Positions 36,259-48,765 of a stretch of DNA of 64,000 bases are shown in pieces. Origin of the DNA: Massalongia carnosa. Its lineage: Eukaryota. How positions within the stretch are numbered: position 1 is the stretch's first letter; the number at the start of each line of letters is the position of its first letter. A model generated the notes under the pieces. It saw only the letters and a program-made list of their open reading frames with translations. It did no database searches and had not been told where the DNA came from. The stretch is taken from positions 558,001 to 622,000 of the forward strand of contig OZ287076.1 of NCBI GenBank assembly GCA_965645245.1, read 5' to 3'. The translations under genes were made by a program, and so were the position numbers.

Positions 36259-39200
36259 ATGATGAAGTTTAAGTTCAAGCTCTCTAAAGGACGAGGATCC
36301 CCGGGCAATGGGAAGGTGTGAACATGCCAAAATTCACCTCGTCTTCTTACTTGCATCGACCATAAAGCTGATTCTAACTAGAATCCCGAACCAAAAGAGG
36401 CAGCAACGGTAATCTCTCATTCATATGTAACTTCAACGCCGAAAGAAGGACAGAGTGAGGATGGCAGCGGATCTTTGGGGCTGAAACTGCTTTATTCTGG
36501 AGAATATCCAACCGTAGAGTAAGACTAGTGCCTCTTGTAGCTATCTTTAGACTGACACTTGATAAAACCATAGCATTGTAGCAGTTCATGGCCTCAATGG
36601 CCATCGCGAACGAACATGGACATTCGAGAACAAGGCTACTGAAGATGTTCTGTGGCTTCGGGATTTGTTGCCGGAAAAAATACCAAACGCACGTATATGG
36701 ACCTGGGGCTACGACTCCAGAACTCATAGCAATAATCATCGAGACTATCTTCCTACAACAAGTCTGAATGATCACGGGCAACAGTTGATTCGTGATCTCA
36801 TTGAAGCACGTAGAGAGAGCGATTCTCTCCAGAGACCTATGATATTCGTTGCTCATAGCCTGGGAGGAATTGTGGTGAAGAGCGTAAGTCTTATATCCTC
36901 CTCAAGGATGACATCAAGCATAGGAAGTTGAGCATTGTGTAACGTTTCGTCCTGATTGAATTTGGGGATTTTTAGGCGCTCTTGCGTTCTGATCGAGTAA
37001 AAAAAGGAAGCATAGAAGAAGAAAGGTCCATCAAACTGTCCACTTATGGTATCATCTTCATGGGCACTCCGCATCAAGGAGGCCAAAGGGTAAGTATCGG
37101 GAAAATTGTGCTTAGACTTGCAAAGCTACAAGGCGATACGAGCGACAGATTATTGAAACATCTCAAACAAAATTCCGAGTTTCTTCAAGACCAAAATAAG
37201 GATTTTAGTTTGATCAGTGAAGCATTCGACATCACGTTTGTATATGAAACGAAGCCAACACCGCTACCCGGAGGCTTGGCTGAAGAGGTGAACTGTCTCT
37301 TGTGTTGTAGAGGAATTTATGGCTGATTTGATTCTTCGAAGATTGTACCAAAATATTCCGCAGTGGTCCCAGGCACTTCAGACGCCGCAGAATTTGGTAT
37401 CAACGCGGATCACAGAAACATGACCAAGTTTCCAGATGCGAGCAATGACGATTTTAAGAAGATTTCCGGAACCCTAAGGTCTATGGCTCAGAAGGCAGGT
37501 ACCAGGGTGGAAGATAATTGGAGCTCGGAGGCTCTAATAAAGCAAGGTAGACAGTTCCCGTACTTAATCCTCAGCATATCTTTAGTGTAAGCATATTTCA
37601 TCTTCCCATGCTGACTAGTACTGGGATCTTTGCTTCAAGTACTCTCGGGTAAAACAAATTATTTCTCAGTCGCTCCGAATGGGCTCGATAGCCTCAATAT
37701 CGTCAACTCTTACCCGAGAGAGAGCGTTTCCCTGGGGACCAACGGTTTGTACAACTTGTGTTGTGTAAATGGCCCAACTAACTTCCTCCACAGCTCTAGT
37801 AGTAAATACTCGAAAGAGTCTATTTGAAATCCCCTTTGAGAGGGACCCAGATTTTATTGGTCGTATAGATATCATTAGCGAGCTCGATGAAAAGTTAAAA
37901 ATACAGCGTCGTGTGGCACTTGCTGGTATAGGGGGAGTTGGGTAAGCTAATACCTAGTATAGAAAAATGGGCTCCATTTAACCATTTGGGCGCTGCAGAA
38001 AATCACAAATCGCCATCGAGTACTGCTATAGGTTCAGCGAGAGACATCCGGATGCTGCTGTGTTCTGGGTGCATGCCGGTTCAGCCACCAGGTTTGAGCA
38101 AGGGTACGAGGCTATTGCAAAGCATCTCGGCCTCCTTGACAAGAACGACTCTAAAGTCAATATACTTCAGCTTGTTGCTGAATGGCTTAAGGACGAGAAC
38201 CACGGTAACTGGCTCATGATACTGGATAATGCCGACACTCTAGATATTTTTCAGAAACCAGCGCATTTACTTCAATATCTTCCTTTGAATAACCCCAAAA
38301 GCTCCATCCTTGTCACGACCAGAGATAAAGTCGTCGGAGAAAGACTTTTTGGTGGAAAGATGCCCATTGAGGTTTCCTCCTTGGACATGTCTCTAGCTAT
38401 GCAGCTCTTGAAATCTAAACTACCTCCGGGTGTTGAGTGGATTGAGTCCGATGCTGGGCAGCTTATCGATTACTTGGAGCTTCTACCTCTAGCAATCACA
38501 CAAGCCGCAGCTTTCATCAGAGAAAACTCGATGATTAGCATTGAGGAGTACCTTGGCCTCCTTCGAGAGAGTGACTCGGGACTGACAGAACTGTTAAATC
38601 AGGACCATTTTGATTTACGAAGGGATTTTGATACTTCAAGCTCCATAATTCGCACGTGGCAGGTCTCCTTCGATCAAATACGCAAGGAAAACCAGCGAGC
38701 TGCGGATCTGCTTGCTCGTATGGCTGTATTAGATCGACAGAGCATTCCTGAGGCTCTTTTATGTGACGAGAATGAGCCGCGACATGAATTCATCACCGCC
38801 AGGGGAAAGCTGCTAGCTTTTTCCTTGATCAAAAGGGAAGTAGGAAAAACAAGCTTTGAAATGCATAGACTAGTGCAGCTTTCAACTCTGAAGTGGTTAG
38901 AAATGCAAAACGAAAAGCTGCAGTGGCAGGAAGATGCGCTCAGGATGCTGGCAAGAGAATTTCCCAGCGGGGGTTACGGTACATGGGAGACCTGTGCCTT
39001 ATATTTACCACATGCCAAGAATGTTATCAATAATCTTTTTTTGACGAACAAACACGTTAAAGAATTACCTTTGCTCCAGAAAATTGCGTTTTATCATAAC
39101 TGGCAAGGCCAATACGGAATTGCAGAGGAGCTAGATCGACAATGTTCGGAATTGTATGATGAGGCCTTGGGTGCTACCCATGCAGATACTCTAGATAGCA

Positions 39201-41056
39201 TGCGCGAGCGAGCGATAAGTTTGCGTTGGCTGGGAAAATATGACGAAGCCGAGAGTATTCTTCTGCGAAATCTCATATTCTACGAGTCAAATTTTGGAGG
39301 TGAGCATGAAGATACATTGAGCAACAGGCATGAATTAGCACAGGTATTTACCGAGCAGCTTAGATTCGAGGAAGCCATAAACCTTAATGAGCAAATATTG
39401 GCAACTCGTAGAGAGAAACTGGGAGAAGAACATACCGACACGCTGTCTAGCATGTGTAATTTAGGGAATTCATACTTAGCTGCGGGTGAATGGATCAAAG
39501 CGGAAACGTTATATGTGCGAGTGCTTGAAATTGAGAAGAGATTATTTACAGGGGACCATCCGAGCACTTTAACCAGCATGCATAGTTTAGCCGTTGTTTA
39601 TCATGAAATGAAACAATGGGACAAAGCCGAAGCATTGTATGTGCAAGTGCTTGAAGTCAGAACGAAGGAGTTAGGAGCAAAGCATCCGGACACGTTGAAT
39701 AGTATGCAAAGTTTGGCTCGTACGTATTATGGCATGAAACAATGGGACAAAGCCGAAGCATTGTATGTGCAAGTGCTTGAAGTCAGAACGAAGGAGTTAG
39801 GAGCAAAGCATCCGGACACGTTGATCAGCATGCAAAGTTTGGCGACTACGTATTATGGCATGAAACAATGGGACAAAGCCGAAGCATTGTATGTGCAAGT
39901 GCTTGAAGTCAGAACGAAGGAGTTAGGAGCAAAGCATCCGGACACGTTGATCAGCATGCAAAGTTTGGCTCATACGTATTATGGCATGAAACAATGGGAC
40001 AAAGCCGAAGCATTGTACGTGCAAGTGCTTGAAGTCAGAACGAAGGAGTTAGGAGCAAAGCATCCGGACACGTTGATGAGTATGGAAGATTTGGCGAATA
40101 CGTATTATGACATGGAACAATGGGACAAAGCCGAAGCATTGTTTGTGCAAGTGCTTGAAGTCAGAACGAAGGAGTTAGGAGCAAAGCATCCGGACACGTT
40201 GATCAGTATGCAAAGTTTGGCTGATACGTATTCTGACATGGAACAATGGGACAAAGCCGAAGCATTGTATGTGCAAGTGCTTGAAGTCAGAACGAAGGAG
40301 TTAGGAGTAAAGCATCCGGACACGTTGATCAGTATGCAAAGTTTGGCGAATACGTATTATGGCATGAAACAATGGGACAAAGCCGAAGCATTGTATGTGC
40401 AAGTGCTTGAAGTCAGAACGAAGGAGTTAGGAGCAAAGCATCCGGACACGTTGATCAGTATGCAAAGTTTGGCTGATACGTATTCTGACATGGAACAATG
40501 GGACAAAGCCGAAGCATTGGAAGTGCAAGTGCTTGAAGTCAGAACGAAGGAGTTAGGAGCAAAGCATCCGGACACGTTGATCAGTATGGAAATTCTGGCA
40601 TACACATGGAAAGCCCAAAGCTATTCTGAGAAAGCAGTTCAGTTGATGTCGGAGGCATTGAGACTTTCCAAAGCAGTGCTCGGGGCAGATGACCCTGACT
40701 TTAAGGCCCGCAAAGATACTTTGGAAGAGTGGTTGGAGGAGTCGGCTATGAACCCAGATATTCCTTCTTGTTCCGGTCTTTCTGAAGAGGAGCCAACCAA
40801 GATAACAGAAGGGACAAGGCGTGGCCCCAGGAAGTCGTTATTTCGATCGAAGTCCATGGGGCGTCTGGCAATCTCTACCTCCAGAAAGATCTATGGTCGG
40901 AGAAATAGGAGATTTGTTGCGTTCGCGGATCCTCGGCGGGGACAGCGACAATTAGCTAGGTTCAAGCCTAGGAGGGGGGATGCCGATGAAACAGGACCAT
41001 TCTTAAGAAGCAGGGCTTCTTCGATGAGTAACGAATCCGACTGGGAAGATCTATAA
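36259..41056 (+). CDS. Fungal NLR: SesB-like alpha/beta hydrolase - NB-ARC - TPR repeats
   Basis: In-frame model with seven introns (36316-36381, 36519-36573, 36884-36975, 37288-37341, 37547-37669, 37745-37793, 37942-37998). Hydrolase motifs VHGLNG, AHSLGG, FMGTPH and HRNMTKF. P-loop GIGGVG|KS, Walker B LILDNAD-type, LPLAI, MHRLV and 42-aa TPRs. Confidence 0.88.
39608..40600 (+). repeat. Eight tandem 126-bp near-identical TPR-coding repeats
   Basis: ATGRAACAATGGGACAAAGCCGAAGCATTG recurs at 39608, 39734, 39860, 39986, 40112, 40238, 40364 and 40490. Confidence 0.97.
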
Positions 41057-42335
41057 GAGTTTTTTTGGAGTTATGAAGGTGTTCCATGCAAAGCACGAAG
41101 TTCGGGATTTTATGCGGCGACGTTTTCAATTATTTCTTATTTCGGTTTATCCAAATCTCTCGGCGTTTTTTTTTCCCCCTCGAAACTAGGGCGTTTGAGG
41201 TTGGAGATTATGTTGCATATGCACTGCCACTATAGGTTGGTTCTTCTCTGCACGAACCCTTTTTTTGTCTTTTAGCACTTGCAGAGTATGGCTTTGTTTT
41301 GTTTGGAAATAATGAAATGAGGCTTCAAGGATCCTCTCCTACTTCGGATCTTTTGAGCCACATAGGCTGCAGATTATAGCCCTTGTTTCAAAGTTTCTGT
41401 GTATCCATCCATGTATCCTCTTTTTCTCACTCATCCAGCAACTTATGCTCTCATGCTTTGCAGCCCCCCATGGACCACAGGTCAGTTATGAGGGGAGGTA
41501 AGTCACGTGATGAACCAAGGCCCAAACCTACCTGTGTGTGTTAAGCTATTTCTCTCTACTTTCAAAATATCCTTATCGATGTTTTCCATAAGCCAGTTCT
41601 TTAAGCACTCATTGACCTCTTTCTCTCCCATGACGCCTACCGAGGAAAGAACCCTGCTGGATCAAGAAACCTAGCCAGTTGACTGGTTAGAAGAAAGAAC
41701 GTATAAACGTGTATACCCAGGTTAGGAGGTAGGCAGGTAGCTGGGTAGCTGGGTACATAGCTATGGCCGAATGAATGACTATCTGCCATCTGCTGATTTC
41801 CTCCTCCCAGATAAACCACCCATTGCCTAGTTATCCCGTCGAGCTGGGTGATGGTGATGGTGATGGAGGGTGAATAGCAGGTTTAGATTCGATTGGAGTT
41901 GCGGATAGGAAAGACTCGAGAAAAAATGGGGGGGCGTGATGAAATATAGATAATAGATAAACTGCGTTGTCGTGGTTTTAACGATAGATATAGATTATCT
42001 TGGATAGGTACATCATCATAGGTAACTAAACTATACAGGAGTGCTTGAACGGAAAGGGGGGGGGTTAATTAGGGGAACGCGAACGTGTGATTAAAAGCCT
42101 GTGTGAGGAAATGAGTACCTTAACGGGATGGATTTAGGACGGGAAGGAGACGCCGGCAAAGGAAAGAAATGATGAAGCGGCGAAGATTCTTGATCAAGAA
42201 CTGATTGGCTGATTGATTGATTGATTGATTTCAAGTCTTTGCTTATGTGGCGTACTCCGGGTATTCTCTTCCAATCTGTGTCCTGCACCAATCGCAACGA
42301 CCGCTTCGGTCTCTAACCAACCTAATCGCGTTATG

Positions 42336-44022
42336 CTATGCCGTCCTCACCAGGAGGGGGCTCGTCCCAGCTGTAATCACATGGGTACTTATCTCCCCGT
42401 CTCTCATTCTCCCACTTTGACACTTCGGACACCGCCCCCCAAGCCAATGGCTTAGCCGCTGCTGCCTCTCCTTAGTGTTACTACAGCCTAGGGCTATGTA
42501 ACTTATGAAGATCTCTTCGCCCTTTTTGATCGGTCTGCTTGCTACAAAACTCACGATGATTCTATCGTTAGAGCCACGATGATGGGGGCGGGCAACACTG
42601 CCCGCGTTCGGCTCGTAGCTGTGGTTTGTAGAACGAGTACAACGAGTTGACTGCCAACAACTCTCGGCCGGCGATTACGCCGCTGTGTTGCTTGTTGGTG
42701 ATACGCGCCATGATGGTCTGCAAAACCCATGTGTCGTAACGCGCATCTCGGAAAATGTCGACTCCGAGTTGCATGAGGATATTGATAGGTTTGACAACAT
42801 GAAAATCCAGTTGACCAATTATGCCGAATGGTGCTCTCATATTGCGGCGTAAGTCTTACAAGTTGAGGATGATGCAAAGGGTGGCAATCGCTCTGAGCGC
42901 AGACTGCAAGGGTTCGAAGCCAAAGCAAATTTCTCACGCTGGACTTGCTGTCATTTGAATTTAAGAGCCATTTGAAATTTTCTCGGCAAAGGGTGGGGTG
43001 AAAAAAATCCATCGCCAGTGCCTTACATTGCTCGTTGCAATAAGTAACCTCACAGCAGTCAGAGGTGACTTTGATGGCGATTGTGGTGATATCGTGCAAC
43101 AACAGTTGCCACAAATTTGACGGCCCATGAAAGTCGCAGACGTAAGCTGGATCAACACCACTGGCTGCTAATATCGTGATGTCCTCAAAAAGATATTCCC
43201 CAAGGGCTATGTCCTTAGTTGCGAATATACCGAAAACATCACTGGAATGGTCGTGGCCAAATGGTAGAACGTCGTTCACAGGTCTTGGTGATTGGCTGTG
43301 AAGCCGGCTTGGGAGTATTTGACAATTTGAAGAAACAAACTGGAAAGCCTTCTTCGTCGACTCGATGAGCTCCTTTCCTCTGGTAAGAAATTTGTCTGGC
43401 TGAAAAGGATATGGTTTGTAAAGAGCCACATCGGGGGAGCCGAAGAAAGCTTTGATTTCGTTAAAGACTCCAGCCCGATTTTTTCATCACCTTTCCGCAT
43501 GCTTCCAGCTCAACTTCCATCTCTAATAACAATTGTTGGAAGATATTTTCCGAAGGCCGAAGGAAAAACTTTCATTACTTCTTCGCAGACCTCTATTACC
43601 CCTTTTAGATCCTTCAAGCCTCTCAGAATGTCTATCAGAAACTGATAGATAGTAAGCTGTATTTCAGTCGACAAGCCTGAACCCGAATTTATCCCTTTGA
43701 TCGTCGTTTTGCCACTAGGTATTTCGGTGGGATCCCGGAGCAACAAGACGGCTTTATAAGCATCGCCGGCTGCCAGTTCCAAGTATCCGAGTGATACAAG
43801 AGCTCGCGCCCGCGTTAACCACATTTCAACGTCGTATGGCATTTTATAGAACCTTTTCGTTACCTGTTGAATTAACGTAGAAATTTGATAGAAGTCGTTC
43901 TTGCTGGCCTTTGCATCACCTTGCGACACTGTCGGAACCCAGCGATTTGGGTCCCAATCGTGGTCCATTCCAATTGCGGGTTCCATTTGGAGCCATGGAT
44001 TTAGGGAGGCGCTCTGTTTCAA
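42336..44022 (-). pseudogene. SET-domain (SMYD-like) lysine methyltransferase pseudogene
   Basis: Pieces lie in alternating frames: a TPR-like N-terminus, FGIFATKDIALGE, Cys/His clusters, a frameshifted NHS(Y)EPN, ASRPIKKGEEIFISY and post-SET CPKC. Several frameshifts with no evident intron signals. Confidence 0.8.
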
Positions 44023-44512
44023 AACCCCCCCTCCGCATGTCTGTTAGCCTATTGGAAAATGTGATTCCAAAGATCTGAAACTAGGAGCTAAACTTGAGTG
44101 ATCGATATGGTACTGTAAGCATGATGTACAATGAAGAATCACTTTGGTCCCAAACCATGCAGCCAGTCCTGCCAGTGAACCATCAAGGTCGGGATTTCGA
44201 GGCAATGCCCTAAAGGCTCAGGGTCTCTTAGATCCGAAGGGCAAAGTTGAAAGAACGATGAGTGTACTCTGTATGCGCTTTGTGTGAGCGAAAGATCTGA
44301 ACAATGATCCATGATTCATGGACAGAGAGAAAGTAGGTAGGGTGGTAGGTATATGCCCACCTAATAAAAGCAAAAAAGACCATGCTACTCTATCCTAACG
44401 TTAACTAGTTCATCTGCGGAATATCCCATGTTAAGTCACGTGAAAAGCCAATAAGCTCTCCTCTGTATCGAGTATCGTAATTTGCTTTCTTCATTTACTC
44501 AAGGATTACAGA

Positions 44513-45718
44513 ATGCCTCGCACACTACTATTTAGAAGCCTGCACAGATGCCAATGCCTTCCCACCACCACTAGCCGCACCCTTCCCCTTAGATCTCCAC
44601 CCCGCCTACGCAATCCTCAGCAAGCCTACTCAACCCATCCACAAGCTCCGCATTCATCCCCACGTCACAACGCCCCCTCTAACCTCGCCATATACTGTAT
44701 AGCCAGCTCCTTCCTTGCAACAATAGCCTACCAATCCTTCCGCCAACCCCTAACGAACGATGCCCCTCCCAATAACAACCTTTCTACCCCCTTTGCCAAA
44801 ACCGCACCTATCGAGATCCTCCCCTCATCAGCAGTATCGGACGAAGAAGACAATAAAATCCCCACCGGCACCGCTGCAATTCCCTACTTCCCGCACAAAA
44901 TCCACCTCCCGCGCTCCTCCTCAGCCTCAGACGGAGAATCCCCCGCCCTCCCCGCCGGTCTCGGTGCCACCGCCTCGCAAGACGAAGAATACGAGCTCCT
45001 CGGCCTTGGCATCCGCACCGTCTCCTTCTTGCGCATTCAAGTCTACGTGGTAGGCATATATGTCGCGTCCAGCGATCTAGGAAAACTGCAAGCGGGTATG
45101 GTCCGTGCCCTCGCTGCGACCCCTTCCTCGGCCACCACGCTCGTAGAAGGCGAAAAGGAAGAGCTGCGCCGCACCCTTCTCGACGCGGTGGGGAGCGAGC
45201 GCGTGTGGAACGCCGTCTTGCGGAACGAGGGCATCAAGAGCGCGGTGCGGATCGTACCCACGCGCGGGACAGCCTTCGGCCACTTGCGGGACGGATGGCT
45301 GAGAGGCATCACGGCGCGGGGGAAGAGCGAGCGGTGGGACGGCGAGGAGGGCTTCCGCGAGGCGGTGGGGGAATTTCGGGGCATTTTTGGCGGGGCGGGG
45401 GCGAAGGGGCTGGAGAAGGGAAAGGGCTTGCTTTTGGGAAGGGGGGAGCGAGGGGAGTTGAGGGTTTGGATGGAGAGAGAGCATGATGCTGCTGCTGGCG
45501 GTACTGGAGCAAATGCAAAGGCCAAGAGCAGCGGTAGCAAATCCGGCACTATGGCATCCCTGGGCGAGGTGAAAGACGAGCGAATCAGCCGCCTGGTCTG
45601 GCTGGGCTATCTAGCTGGCGGGACGGTAGCGAGCGATGGCGCAAGGAGGAGCGTGGTGGATGGGGTGATGGGGTTGGTGGAGAGGCCGATTGGGACGGTG
45701 GAGACGAGGGTTGGGTGA
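44513..45718 (+). CDS. AIM18: Mitochondrial chalcone-isomerase-fold protein (Aim18/Aim46-like)
   Basis: Arg/Ser/Thr-rich presequence, LLGLGIRTVSFLRIQVYVVGIY, RIVPTR.T.FGHLRDG and WLGYLAG. Confidence 0.85.
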   Translation: MPRTLLFRSLHRCQCLPTTTSRTLPLRSPPRLRNPQQAYSTHPQAPHSSPRHNAPSNLAIYCIASSFLATIAYQSFRQPLTNDAPPNNNLSTPFAKTAPIEILPSSAVSDEEDNKIPTGTAAIPYFPHKIHLPRSSSASDGESPALPAGLGATASQDEEYELLGLGIRTVSFLRIQVYVVGIYVASSDLGKLQAGMVRALAATPSSATTLVEGEKEELRRTLLDAVGSERVWNAVLRNEGIKSAVRIVPTRGTAFGHLRDGWLRGITARGKSERWDGEEGFREAVGEFRGIFGGAGAKGLEKGKGLLLGRGERGELRVWMEREHDAAAGGTGANAKAKSSGSKSGTMASLGEVKDERISRLVWLGYLAGGTVASDGARRSVVDGVMGLVERPIGTVETRVG

Positions 45719-46218
45719 GCTGGTTGGGGGGCGGGGGGTAGACGGGTGAGCTGGGGTAAGGGTGAGGGCGTGGAATGGGGGGGTTAGTCTTATAGGGGAT
45801 GTGGGAGAGGCTAGAAATTATGGGATTGGAGGACGGAAAGGGGGAGGGAGGTGGGGGGGGTTTTGTTCAGACAAATTAGGTAGATCTTGTATTCTTTTAA
45901 CATGTACCTACCCAAGAGCTGGTTTTGGCTATAGATAGTTTCCATGCGTTGCTGGTCATGGGTAATCATGTAAGTTACTACCTGGTAGTAACAGGTGCTA
46001 ACCCCTATCTAAATCGCACCATGTTGACTATAAAAGCAAGTCCCCAAAAACGTCATCCACATCCTCGATTTCACTCCATTCATCGTCTTCAGACCTATCT
46101 ACCTGAGCGGCTTAGTTACTGCTTTATACCCCCTTTTCCCCTTGCCAACCAATACCTTGCCATCCCCATCCACATCCCCATCCCCCACCCACCATAACCT
46201 AATCCACTTAACTCGCAA

Positions 46219-46775
<557 letters not shown>

Positions 46776-47427
46776 GGCGGCGGGGGAGGCGCTCGAGGCG
46801 AAGAAGCGGCGAAGGAACGAAATGATGGGCAAAGTGCTCTGGGGCTTTGAAAGGAAGTAGGAAGCGAAGAGATCGATGTGAGCCTGTTGGGGAAGATGGT
46901 GGAGAGGAGCTTTTGTTACTTTGGTGGTTCAGAGTGGTTCCGAGTGTTTGTCGGTGATGATTACGGAAACAGGATGACGTAATCGAGGGGTTTGATTACG
47001 GAGCCGAGGTTGAAGGCTGGATCGGATCAGATCGGATCAGATCAGATCTTTATTTGTCAAGCGGAGGATCTGCGAATGCTAATGATGCAGTAATCCTAAC
47101 ACTAAGCGACAAAAGGAGGCGGCAGTGGATAATTTAGATAACTCCTCAGTATGAGGGATGAACTTGGTATGCTAGAGCTTGCGCAGCCCTATTCAACACT
47201 AACTGCAACGTCATCCTACCGGATGCTCCCGATATATCTCAATCCTTGAGAAGGCAGGGCTGAAAAAAGGGACCACAGCTCGAAGAATCGTTGGAAAATC
47301 ATTGGAGGGTTCAACTGTAATACATTTGGCGTCTGACTGTGCGTCCGTAGACTTGCTGAGAGATAGGGTCGGAAATGGAGGTTTCATTTTATCACCGAAA
47401 GAATAGGCGCCCATTTTTGGTCCTTAT

Positions 47428-48166
47428 TTATCTCATGATATTCGCAAGACCGATGGGTACACATCCTGCTGCGCGGTGGATGGGTACATCATGCGGTTTC
47501 TAAGAAACCGAATCATGTCAGAATCATCAGGTGGCTTGTAATATTTGTGAAAAGTCCACCTACTTTACGATAAACTTCATCCCACTCCGAACAGCACCAA
47601 ATATACCCCGTACAAACCAAGAGGGGATTATCTATAGTCTCAGCCATCAGCAATATACCTAAGCATTCCACCTGATTGCACATACAAAGATTGCAGTTCA
47701 GCAAGATTGTGCCGTAACCAGCTTCATCCAAGATTCGTTCACTTGCCTTGCCCGAATCGCAGATGGCTTTCCTAGGTCCGTGGATGACATGTGTCGGGCA
47801 CTCAACTAAATCGCGATTCAGAGGCGGTGCTGGGACGAAACCGGGGATGACGAAATTTTCCGGCAACTCGTTACTGAAAGGATTTTCTTGGTTTGTTGGA
47901 CGTTTGTTATCGGTAGTCCTCTGAGGCCTGCAATCTCGAGCTCGTACTTTGTTGGAGGTCCAAGACCCCTCTACTGGACAAGGAGCATTTTCTACCACAG
48001 CAGACAAACCATCATTCGAATGGTCACTAATGTCGAAGATCGGTTCCAAGGCCGATTGCTCATTCAGGTCCAGATTTGATCCACCAGAGAATATGTCCCA
48101 ATCCACAAGAGGGCAAACAAATTGAGCAAGAAAGAACAGAACAAATAAGGCAGCAAGATATCGCAT
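47428..48166 (-). CDS. Small secreted cysteine-rich protein (~205 aa)
   Basis: Signal peptide MRYLAALFVLFFLAQFVC and a Cys-rich C-terminal half. Two introns (about 47633-47685 and 47500-47563) give an in-frame last exon KPHDV...ANIMR*. Confidence 0.65.
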
Positions 48167-48765
48167 CTCCAATGAAGATCTCGCAACTCATAAACGATGA
48201 GTGTAAAGATAGATTAAGAAAGGAGGTGGATATTTATCCATATTTAGAGGCCTGCTTTTCCCAAGGCATCATTTCCGTCTCTTACCCACACGAGCCGTGG
48301 TTCCAAGAGACATGAAGCTGATGAACGACTAATGGCTGTACGAGAAACATCATTGTGGCCGGCTCGAGTACTATGCTCAGCTCCACCAGAATCAACCGTA
48401 GTAAGTAGCCAAGGAGGTTTAGACTATTCAAACGTTTCAAAGAGACGGAAACGGGAGATGCTGTAGTGAAGAAACGGAAAATAGGTACTTGGAATATCGA
48501 AGTACCCAGGTACCTCACAGAAGTGACTTCGGAGTTCCGGTGTTCAGTTTCTCGGAGGTCATTCCGTCTGTTTCGGAACTAAACGGAGAGACCAATAAAG
48601 ATGCTCAAGGAACTTGCTTTTGAAATTTCAAACATGGACATTGAGAAACTATGGATATGTTAGAATATTATGTTAAACTAAAGAAGAAGATGTTAAGTAA
48701 AAGTTGGGTATGATATTAGTGTTTTCATATAATAGCACGAATATGTACCACTCGCTTATGTAACT

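Noticed and set aside
36461..36484. ATG 36461 as the NLR start
   Set aside because: It is out of frame and stops after 7 codons. ATG 36259 with an intron gives a continuous frame.
39608..40600. CRISPR-like regular repeat
   Set aside because: In-frame 126-bp coding repeats without unique spacers, in a eukaryotic gene.
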